In this document: positions 24,217-32,000 of the stretch, piece by piece
Position numbering within the stretch: the first letter of the stretch is position 1
Layout: each line of letters opens with the position of its first letter
The notes under the pieces: generated by a model
Told to the model about the DNA's origin: nothing
What the model saw: the letters and a program-made list of their open reading frames with translations, nothing else
The model's database searches: none
Made by a program: the position numbers and the translations under genes
DNA from: Clostridia bacterium
GTDB lineage: Bacteria > Bacillota > Clostridia > Acetivibrionales > DSM-27016
NCBI GenBank assembly: GCA_026414765.1
Contig: JAOAIJ010000016.1
Coordinates: forward strand, 6,786 to 38,785
Length of the DNA: 32,000 nucleotides
Reading direction: 5' to 3'

Positions 24217-25272
24217 ATGAAGGAGCTGCGAAGTATGAAAGATACTGTGAAGGCATTGAATAACTTAACATATGATAGTTTAGGCAAAGTACAGAATATT
24301 ATTTCAAAATATATCGGAGTAAATTGCAAAATCAGGGAAAACGATAAGGTGGCAGTAAAGCTTAATCTGGTAGGACCCTATGAACCTGATAAAGCAGCTA
24401 CAACACATCCCGAGGTGGTTTGCAGCCTTATTGAAGCGCTTTTACCATATAAATGCAGTATTATGCTTTGCGAAGATATTGAAAATGAGGAGACTTTGGT
24501 TAAGACAGGGATGAAAGCCGTGTTAGATAAGTATTGTCTGAACTTTTATAACTTGAGAGATTTCGGTTATGAAAGCATATCCCAAGATGGTACTATATAC
24601 AGCTATTCTTCTCTTATTAAGCATTGCGACATACTTATTGACATCCCCAAATATAAGACTCATATGTTTGCGTATTTCACCGGAGCAATCAAAAACATGT
24701 ATGGGTGTATATCAAAAAAACAGAGAAAAGAGTTACATAAGGATGTAAAGAATGATCAATTTGCAAAGCATATCTATTCAATATATTCTATCCGGACACC
24801 GGATTTGATTATCACAGATGCTATTGTTGCGATGGAAGGACTGGGGCCGTCAATAGGAAATCCCAAGTATCTCGGTTATTTGGTATTGTGCCAGGATGGA
24901 GTTGAAGCCGACTGTTATTTATCAAACCTTGTTGGCTATACCGTCGGGGATTTGCCAATCCTTCAGTTTGCGACAGAGGGAAGGAAGGGTGTCAGCAGCT
25001 CAGACTGGGGCCCGGATACAGCTAAAAGGGTTACAGACTTTAAAAGAATGCCGGTATATAAAGGAAAACTTAGAGAAAAATATCTGGATATTTTAAGAAG
25101 AAGCTACCAGGTTGATAGGGATTTGTGCATACAATGCGGTGAATGTGCGAGAAATTGCCCTTTTGAAGCAATTGAGTTTGACGGATACCCGAGGTTTTTA
25201 CGGGAACGGTGTGCACTTTGCATTTGCTGTATGGAATTATGCCCTGTAAACGCTATAAATTATAAGAAATAG
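24217..25272 (+). CDS. DUF362-domain protein fused to a 2x[4Fe-4S] ferredoxin domain
   Basis: VAVKLNLVGPYEPDKAATTHPEVVCSLIEAL is a DUF362-type N-terminus. The C-terminal CIQCGECARNCPFEAI and CALCICCMELCPVNAI are ferredoxin motifs. Confidence 0.75.
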   Translation: MKELRSMKDTVKALNNLTYDSLGKVQNIISKYIGVNCKIRENDKVAVKLNLVGPYEPDKAATTHPEVVCSLIEALLPYKCSIMLCEDIENEETLVKTGMKAVLDKYCLNFYNLRDFGYESISQDGTIYSYSSLIKHCDILIDIPKYKTHMFAYFTGAIKNMYGCISKKQRKELHKDVKNDQFAKHIYSIYSIRTPDLIITDAIVAMEGLGPSIGNPKYLGYLVLCQDGVEADCYLSNLVGYTVGDLPILQFATEGRKGVSSSDWGPDTAKRVTDFKRMPVYKGKLREKYLDILRRSYQVDRDLCIQCGECARNCPFEAIEFDGYPRFLRERCALCICCMELCPVNAINYKK

Positions 25273-25313
25273 TACAAATATGTGATTTTTGTTTGATGTG
25301 GGAGGTATGATAT

Positions 25314-26852
25314 ATGTCTAAGAAAATCCTCAGTAATATTAAGCATTATAAGGATATCTATTCTATAGATAAAGTCAACTGTTATGAAAAACCCTTGGGT
25401 ATTGTGCTGGACAGCTTTGATTCAAGGTTTTCAGGTATATTTTTTATGTATACAAAATTATCTTCTTTCTGCCATAAAAACAGCTTTTTAAATAATGATA
25501 TTTTAAAGGACATAATTGAAAACAAGCTTGAATTAAAGTTTGGTATCCATCAACCGACTGACTTTCACAGCTTTATCAAAGAAAATATTGACTCCCAGAC
25601 ATGTGTCCTGGTGCCGGGAAATCTGAAGGAGCTATACTATACCAATCACTACAGGCAAGCTGACTGGGACCATCTTTTCTTAATAATCGGCTATGATGAC
25701 AACAAAGAAATATACTATATGATGGATGGAGCGCACAAAGATAGCTATTTCTATAGTGAATTTGTAGTTCAATTTGATGTACTTGAAAAGATGTATATTT
25801 CTTATTGTGAAGCATTTAAAACAAATAACTTGTATACTATCAAAAGTGCAAATAATGACAAGCAGGTGCGGATACTTGACTTGATCATAGATTGCATGGA
25901 TACTTTCTTAAGCTTGGAAAAAGGTTTTTCTTATAAGGAAATAAAATATGTCGATGATATACTGAAAAGACTGGAAAAACAGGAATATAGCGAAGCTGCC
26001 GATATTTGCAATCATTTATATAGAATCATAAATTATAAGGAAGTTTTTTACAGTGAGCTGGCATATAACACATCGTTTTATCTTAAGAATAATGATCTCG
26101 TTGAAAAGCTAACAGCTTTAAGTAAATTACTAGCTACCAGATGGAGCAACATTTCCAATATCTGTTCAACAAATTGTTTCCGGAAGAAGTGCTGTACGGT
26201 CAGTGATGAGCTTGAGGAAGTAACCGGCCTTGAAAAGGAGCTGGAAGATACACTTCTGCAAATCAAAAAGCAATTGGTACGCCTTTCACCGGAGGAGGAC
26301 AACTATAATAAGTCTGGCTTTATCTGGGTATTTGAAAATAATGAAGATAACGTTATTTCGGTAAGCGACTCATCCTGCAACTTCTATCTTAATAAGGAGA
26401 AGGAATATACCTGCTGGCTGGGTGATCATGCCCCTAAAGTTTTTTTGAGAAATTTTGATAGTTCAAGTAATAGCTTTGAATTTACAACCAGGCATACCTT
26501 TAGCAAAAGTGATCCCGATATAAAATTTCACGGCGGAATAGTATTTCGCGATGATAGCGGTAGTTTATATTTTTGGGGCAATTATTGCGGAGAATGCTTG
26601 CTGCTTGAAAAAATCGGTGAGAATTCTAAGCTTGACAGAGTAGATATTGGGGGCTGTGATATTATACTCGGGCTGCGTAAAAAAGGTAATACGTTTTATT
26701 TTGAATATTCCTTTTCTGATGAAAGCAACATGATACTGGCGTATGAAATAGATGATATTTGTAAGATACAACAGATAGGGCTGGGGTGTAAAACCTGGAG
26801 CGCGCACGGCGAACTTAAGATGGAATTCAACTCTATACGGTGGGTGAAGTAA
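25314..26852 (+). CDS. 512-aa protein: N-terminal BtrH-N-like Cys/His domain, helical middle, beta-rich C-terminal domain
   Basis: GGAGG Shine-Dalgarno. KVNCYEKPLGIVL and WDHLFLIIGYDD parallel the Cys and His motifs of 23185..24138. The C-terminal roughly 180 aa are rich in short beta-strand patterns (FEFTTRHTF, GGIVFRDDSGSLYFWG). Confidence 0.4.
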   Translation: MSKKILSNIKHYKDIYSIDKVNCYEKPLGIVLDSFDSRFSGIFFMYTKLSSFCHKNSFLNNDILKDIIENKLELKFGIHQPTDFHSFIKENIDSQTCVLVPGNLKELYYTNHYRQADWDHLFLIIGYDDNKEIYYMMDGAHKDSYFYSEFVVQFDVLEKMYISYCEAFKTNNLYTIKSANNDKQVRILDLIIDCMDTFLSLEKGFSYKEIKYVDDILKRLEKQEYSEAADICNHLYRIINYKEVFYSELAYNTSFYLKNNDLVEKLTALSKLLATRWSNISNICSTNCFRKKCCTVSDELEEVTGLEKELEDTLLQIKKQLVRLSPEEDNYNKSGFIWVFENNEDNVISVSDSSCNFYLNKEKEYTCWLGDHAPKVFLRNFDSSSNSFEFTTRHTFSKSDPDIKFHGGIVFRDDSGSLYFWGNYCGECLLLEKIGENSKLDRVDIGGCDIILGLRKKGNTFYFEYSFSDESNMILAYEIDDICKIQQIGLGCKTWSAHGELKMEFNSIRWVK

Positions 26853-26924
26853 GATAGAGGTTTATGGTAACCATGTAAAAAGCAAACTATGTATTGATAT
26901 TGCAAAAGGTACCAGCAAGTCTGG

Positions 26925-26956
26925 AAATGCAGTAATGCTAAACATTACTGCATTTT
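26925..26956 (+). terminator. Intrinsic terminator-like hairpin inside the locus
   Basis: AAATGCAGTAATG - CTAAA - CATTACTGCATTT is a 13-bp perfect stem whose 3' arm runs into TTTT. It lies 70 nt after the 25314..26852 stop and 38 nt before the next start. Confidence 0.6.
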
Positions 26957-26993
26957 GCATATAAAAAACACATAAAAGAAGGAGTGAAAAGGT

Positions 26994-27920
26994 ATGGAAT
27001 TGGAAAAGAGCTTCATTAATGTTGTAAATAACAGGATGCCGGAAAATCAGGAGTATACCTGTGTTGTAATGTTCAGCGGCGGTAAAGACAGTACCTACCT
27101 GGCAGATGTTATGAAAAAGTATGCAGGAGGAAAGGTATGCCTGTTAAATGTAGACAACGGTTATGAGAATAGTACATATACCAAACATGTAGCAGAAAAG
27201 TTGAAGCTGCCGTTGTTTACATATCAGCCGCCAAAAGAGGAAATGACTTTGTTTTACAACTACCTCTTATCGACACCGGAATTGAAACAGATTGATAATA
27301 ACCCTTTATGCTTTATATGCAACCGGTATTTTACAAGTGTGGGAATTGAATTCGCAGGAAAATACAAGATACCGTTTGTCGTAAGTGCACTCACCTCAGC
27401 ACAGATATTTGGTTCAAAAGTAGAAATGACAGACAAACTGATCAACGTCTCAAACTGGGTTATGAAAGATAAGCTGAACCGGAGCCATGAGCTTATAAGG
27501 CAAACAAAAATCTATAATGAAAATGAAAAACTGAAAGGCTTCATAGACAAAGTATTTTATGAGAATAAGAACGTGGATATCCTGTACCCGTTCTTATATT
27601 TTGATTATGACATCACGAAGATTATTGATGTGTTGGAAAAGAAATATGGGTGGGTAAATCCGGTAGAAGGCATAAGCAATAAACGCTATGTTACCTCCGG
27701 CTGTACTCTTACCAAACTATTCGGCTTGTGTGAAAAGAAATTAGGGTTTCACATTCATGAATTAACAGAATTAAGCATCCAGTTAGATAATGGATCGCTA
27801 AGCAAGGAAAAATTTGACTCTGGAGTAAAATGGGTGGAAGAAAACCTAAGCGAAGAAATTACTGACGAAAAACGGGATATCATTAACGAGTTGGGATTAC
27901 AGGAGATATTCTTAAGTTAG
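26994..27920 (+). CDS. PP-loop ATP pyrophosphatase (adenine nucleotide alpha-hydrolase superfamily)
   Basis: AAGGAG Shine-Dalgarno. A canonical PP-loop, CVVMFSGGKDSTYLA (SGGxDS), near the N-terminus. 308 aa. Confidence 0.75.
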   Translation: MELEKSFINVVNNRMPENQEYTCVVMFSGGKDSTYLADVMKKYAGGKVCLLNVDNGYENSTYTKHVAEKLKLPLFTYQPPKEEMTLFYNYLLSTPELKQIDNNPLCFICNRYFTSVGIEFAGKYKIPFVVSALTSAQIFGSKVEMTDKLINVSNWVMKDKLNRSHELIRQTKIYNENEKLKGFIDKVFYENKNVDILYPFLYFDYDITKIIDVLEKKYGWVNPVEGISNKRYVTSGCTLTKLFGLCEKKLGFHIHELTELSIQLDNGSLSKEKFDSGVKWVEENLSEEITDEKRDIINELGLQEIFLS

Positions 27921-27980
27921 CATTCTTGTAAACTTATTATTTGTAATCTGAAAAATTAGTATGATGAGGACAGTGCAATT

Positions 27981-30383
27981 ATGAATAATTACAATGCATT
28001 TTTGTATGAAGGAGATACGCTGTTAATCAACGAGTTTCTTATATTATGTGAATTAGATGCTGAAAGCTTTGATTTATTTGATACAAAAATCAAGGATATT
28101 GTAAATGAACGGATTGACAATATACATAATGATTATGGTTCGTATGATGTTTTTGATAAAACTTCAAAATTCCTATTTAATGACCTGTCAAAGTTTGAAA
28201 GCAATAAAATAGAGTACTTTTATTCTGAAGTAAATAGCAGCAGCCGTCAGAAAGTTGTACTGGACATAGAATTTTCCGGTATTTTCAAGATATGGTTCAA
28301 TAAAAGTATTCTATACATAGGAACAGAGAACCGTGAACGAAAGAAGTTTGTTCTGGAGATATCGGAGGGTAAAAATCATATCCTGATAGAATATGTAAGG
28401 CAAAACGGATACAATCTGGCACGTGGGTTTGTTCAACTATATAACTATGAAGATGTCCAAAAAGGTATTGTAATGCCTAAACTAATGGATTATTTGCTGA
28501 AGCAGGGAACGCTGGTCGTATCAAAATACAGTGAAGAGAAACATATTCTTGAGTTTATGATTTTGGACAACAGGGGTGAGACTTACGATGTGCACTATTA
28601 TCTGTACACTTCTCAGTGCACGATCCCTGCCAGATTAGAAGGAATGGTAAAATACACGCTGGATTTAAAAGGATTGACAGCAATTGACAATATAGCATTA
28701 TTCTTTGATAAAAGTGGAGAAAGGGTTAATCTGGTGCATATCATATCGCAGGAACAGATTGATGCTTTGATACTAAGAGCAATTGAGCATACAAGCAAAA
28801 AGGATGATGCTGTAAGAATACAGCTCCTGGGTATTGTTGAAAAGCTGAAGAAAGGATATCTGACTAATGAACGCAGATTTTTACTGGCAGCTGAGCTGCA
28901 AAGTATCCTGGAGAATGAAGAGTATACCTCCAACAGGGAATATTATCTTTCCGAGATAGACAACAGCGTACTTGAGGTCAATGTAAGAAAGCCGGATGAC
29001 TATAATGAAGCTGAGCAATACCCTTTGATTTTATTTCTTATAGATAAGGAAGAAGTATTCTTCAGTGATTCTGTGGAGGGATATAGGGAATACTTTATTG
29101 CAGATTTCTTCAGCGGAGGACTGCTTGGAGGTGGCTATGTAAGTGAAGCCCGCATTCTGGAGGTCTTGAATTACATACGGGGAAAATACAAAATTGATGA
29201 GAATAGAATATATCTTTTAGGTCAAAGTCATTCGGGTTATGATGTATGGACATTGATTGAAAACTATCCTGATATAGCTGCAGCAGCGTATATGATTTCC
29301 GGGTATCCGTATTATCCTAACATCAGAAACGTATCAAATATACCTATAGCCAATATCGTATCCGATAGGGATTACAGTTATTTTGACAAAACCGATTCCA
29401 TAAGCAAAGTATTATCCGCCAGCCTGTATAGTCAAACAAATTTACATAATATCATTCACGATGCCCTTGCTGACTTTAACATGTACCCTATTATGGAATT
29501 CTTCCATGGAAAAGTAGGAGATCCTTATCCCAGGACAATTAACTTCAGAACTGAAAGGAACCGCTATTTGTCATCCTTTTGGATAAGCACTTACGGTATT
29601 CTGAAAAGCAAGAATTATTTGCAAGTGAAAGCAGAAGCAGTATCCGACCGGCTGATTGTAGTAAACGTCGAGAATGCAGACGGGTTTAAGATTACCTTGC
29701 CGCCGCATATAGATAAAAAATCCTTTGTGATAGCTGTGAATGAACAGGAATTTAGGTTTTCGGATTATTCAAAAGCAGAGGTGTCCTTTAAGTACTGCGG
29801 AGGAAAGTATTTTGAAATAAAGCAATGGGAAGAGCCCATTGATTACCGTAAGGGTACGGGTTTGCTGGACGTATATCTGGCTCCGCTAAGTATTTTTGTT
29901 CCCAGAACGGAGATAATGACAGAGTTGAGCATTGCATTCAATTTTGCATCGCCATTGTCTTATAGTGTAATTAATTCCTTGTATGTAAGATATCCGATTT
30001 ACTATCTGGACGAGCTGAGCACCTCCGTATTGAAAGGTAATCTTATATTCATTAATGTACCGGATTTGGGTTTCTATTTTGATGGTACTGTGGAAGTACC
30101 TATTACAGCCTATAATGATCATTTTACATACAAGGGTGAGAATTATTACGGCGAGTATTGCATAATGCAGGTGGTTCCTAATCCGGCAGATAACAAATAC
30201 AGCATACTGTTGATAAATACAAATAATAATGCATTACTGCAAAGATGTATTTTTACCAGAAAAGTAATGCTGCCATTTATGTTCAATGGTTTTCACGACT
30301 ACTATAATAACGAAGGATTAATCATGTATAACAAAAAATATTACGGGATTTATGAATGGGACGACAACTTAAAGGAGATCTAG
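27981..30383 (+). CDS. 800-aa protein with a central alpha/beta-hydrolase-like segment; otherwise unknown
   Basis: YPLILFLID...ENRIYLLGQSHSGYDVWTLIENYPDIAAAAYMISGYP resembles an esterase/peptidase nucleophile elbow. The motif is G-Q-S-H-S-G, a deviant form of GxSxG. The N-terminal 330 aa and C-terminal 280 aa are unassigned. Confidence 0.45.
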   Translation: MNNYNAFLYEGDTLLINEFLILCELDAESFDLFDTKIKDIVNERIDNIHNDYGSYDVFDKTSKFLFNDLSKFESNKIEYFYSEVNSSSRQKVVLDIEFSGIFKIWFNKSILYIGTENRERKKFVLEISEGKNHILIEYVRQNGYNLARGFVQLYNYEDVQKGIVMPKLMDYLLKQGTLVVSKYSEEKHILEFMILDNRGETYDVHYYLYTSQCTIPARLEGMVKYTLDLKGLTAIDNIALFFDKSGERVNLVHIISQEQIDALILRAIEHTSKKDDAVRIQLLGIVEKLKKGYLTNERRFLLAAELQSILENEEYTSNREYYLSEIDNSVLEVNVRKPDDYNEAEQYPLILFLIDKEEVFFSDSVEGYREYFIADFFSGGLLGGGYVSEARILEVLNYIRGKYKIDENRIYLLGQSHSGYDVWTLIENYPDIAAAAYMISGYPYYPNIRNVSNIPIANIVSDRDYSYFDKTDSISKVLSASLYSQTNLHNIIHDALADFNMYPIMEFFHGKVGDPYPRTINFRTERNRYLSSFWISTYGILKSKNYLQVKAEAVSDRLIVVNVENADGFKITLPPHIDKKSFVIAVNEQEFRFSDYSKAEVSFKYCGGKYFEIKQWEEPIDYRKGTGLLDVYLAPLSIFVPRTEIMTELSIAFNFASPLSYSVINSLYVRYPIYYLDELSTSVLKGNLIFINVPDLGFYFDGTVEVPITAYNDHFTYKGENYYGEYCIMQVVPNPADNKYSILLINTNNNALLQRCIFTRKVMLPFMFNGFHDYYNNEGLIMYNKKYYGIYEWDDNLKEI

Positions 30384-30461
30384 CCTCTCAGCAACATCTG
30401 GAAGTAAGTAGTATTAATGTCTTGGAGTTTTCAAATCATCTAAAAAAAGTGGGGTGAAATT

Positions 30462-30713
30462 ATGAAATTGGAAGAAATTAAAGAGAATTTGATATCAATA
30501 ATGGAGGAAGAATTAGAGACCTCTTATAACCGGGAAACTATATTCGATCAGGAACTGATCGGCTTAAACATCAATTCGGTTGCGTTTATTAAGCTGTTGG
30601 TCAGGCTGGAGGTTTTCTTCGATGTGGAATTTGGTGAAGAGATAGTATTAATTAACAAACATACAACGGTAAATGATATGGTGACATTTATCAAGAATAA
30701 ACAAAACAGTTAA
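30462..30713 (+). CDS. Free-standing acyl/peptidyl carrier protein (carrier 2)
   Basis: 83 aa. GLNINSVAFIKLLVRLEVFFDVEF has the same serine motif and spacing as carrier 1 (DLNINSIAFVQLVVMCEQEFDIVF). Confidence 0.7.
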   Translation: MKLEEIKENLISIMEEELETSYNRETIFDQELIGLNINSVAFIKLLVRLEVFFDVEFGEEIVLINKHTTVNDMVTFIKNKQNS

Positions 30714-30733
30714 ACAGGTAAAAAGGAGAAGAA

Positions 30734-32000
30734 CGTGAAAAAAAATAGCTTGGGACATTTCAGATTATATTTGTGGTGTCTTTCATTCTTAAAGAAATAC
30801 TGGATATATGTAATTGCATATTTCATTTTAGTAGTATTACAGCAGGCATGCTTTATTATTTTTCCCAAACTGATCCAACGGTTTATTGATGATGTAGTAA
30901 TAGGTAAACAGATTTCTTTGGTTAAGGATCTGGCTATCTACGCCATGCTAACGATCTGTGTGATTATTGCAACACGTTTGATTTATGCTATGTGTGGACT
31001 TGTTTTTTCGGAAAAAGGCACTAAGGTAATACAGTATAAAGTAATCGATAAAGCGAGAGAACTAGGGTATGATTATTTTGAAAAGACGCCCAGGGGGAAT
31101 TTTCTGGCTGAAACCTTTCAGAATATTCTGTCAATCTATTTTATTTATGTAGACTTTCTGCCGAATACAATGCAATTGTTTTGCGGATTCGTCTTTTCAA
31201 CGGTTATGATATTGCTGAGCCACAATATATTCTTCATCTGTATTACTTTTTTCTGCTTCCTGTGTGTTATTGTAACCACGGTTTTGTCAAGCAAAATGGT
31301 TCACAACACAAATGAGAAAATCCGGGACAGTACCAATCTGTATTATAAAGGTATATATGACAGTACAGAATCAATTGCGGAAATCCGGAGCTATAATTCA
31401 GTCAGCTGGATTGAAAAGAAAGTATTCGATAAGCTTAGCCTTATTTTTTCCGATCAACGGAAAGGATTACTTTTGCAAAAGCTTGTTTCGGGCAGTATAA
31501 ACCTGTTTCACGTTATAGCAATAGCTGCTTACTTTATATTAGGCATAGCCTTGAGTAAAAATTCCATGTCAATTGGTAATGTTGTTGCCTATTACACCTA
31601 TGTTTTTATGGCTATCAGTACATTATCAAACTTTATGAACCTATTGATCAGACAAAACAAAAATCTTACCGATGCAGAAAAGCCCTATGCATTTATGCAC
31701 TTGAAGCCTACTGTAAAAGAGCACAACCTTCCCACTTTGAACAAAATCGAAGGGAATATCTGTGCGAAGAATCTTTCTTTCCATTATGAAGGCAAGGAGG
31801 ATATTTTGCAGGACTTTTCCTTAAGTACGACAAAAGGGGAGAAGATAGTTATAGTAGGGGCAAGCGGATGTGGTAAATCTACATTCTTTAAATTATTGCT
31901 GCGGTGCTATGATTGTTGTAAAGGGGATTTGCTGCTTGACGGGGTATCCATTAAGCATTATTCCTTCCACGATCTCAGAGAAGCAGTCGGTATTGCCTTT
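30734..32000 (+). CDS. ABC exporter, fused permease and ATPase (type I exporter), 3' end outside the window
   Basis: Absent from the ORF track because there is no stop in the window. GTG at 30734 follows AAAGGAGAAG. The translation is VKKNSLGHFRLYLWCLSFLKKYWIYVIAYFILVVLQQACFIIFPKLIQRFIDD... The frame stays open to the end and reaches Walker A GASGCGKST at about 31860-31890. Confidence 0.85.

Noticed and set aside
31312-31500. 62-aa ORF inside the last 1.3 kb
   Set aside because: It is out of frame within the open ABC-exporter reading frame that starts at 30734 and reaches a Walker A motif.

Overview
Low-GC, Firmicutes/Clostridia-like DNA that splits into two very different parts.

(A) Positions 1 to about 17.6 kb are a graveyard of accreted mobile DNA.
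- Three same-orientation copies of the 3' 47 nt of a tRNA-Arg(ACG) gene lie at 1709-1755, 6771-6817 and, degenerate, 11338-11385. None has the 5' half, so the intact tRNA should lie left of the window and the repeats mark tandem integrative elements.
- Element 1 (1709-6817) carries a frameshifted tyrosine integrase, a 7.5-unit iteron array, a decayed rep-like gene, and intact cargo: a TIR-like (CAP12/PycTIR-type) fusion protein and a PIN gene with a small partner.
- Element 2 (6817-11385) has no integrase. It carries a P-loop kinase, a rep-like fragment with relic iterons, a membrane-embedded LuxR-type regulator and a membrane-anchored M20 peptidase.
- Right of the third repeat lie an HUH rolling-circle Rep module, a transglutaminase-like protease, a GyrI-like pseudogene, an IS256 transposase relic, a small Mor/CD3324-like protein, a GNAT and a DUF2971 gene.

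(B) Positions 17.96-32.0 kb are a coherent biosynthetic-looking locus.
- It is headed by a NusG paralog (LoaP-type antiterminator) and an Sfp-type phosphopantetheinyl transferase.
- It also encodes two free-standing carrier proteins, a PP-loop ATP pyrophosphatase, two paralogous Cys/His papain-fold (BtrH-like) proteins and two Fe-S proteins (QueG-like, DUF362-ferredoxin).
- Further genes are a GNAT-fold protein, an 800-aa putative hydrolase, a cation/proton antiporter and an ABC exporter that runs off the window.
- No ketosynthase, adenylation or condensation domain is visible. I read this as an NRPS/PKS-independent thiotemplated pathway, closest in logic to the closthioamide-type polythioamide pathway. 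It is the most interesting system in the window.

All calls rest on reading the sequence and ORF translations by eye; no searches were run.
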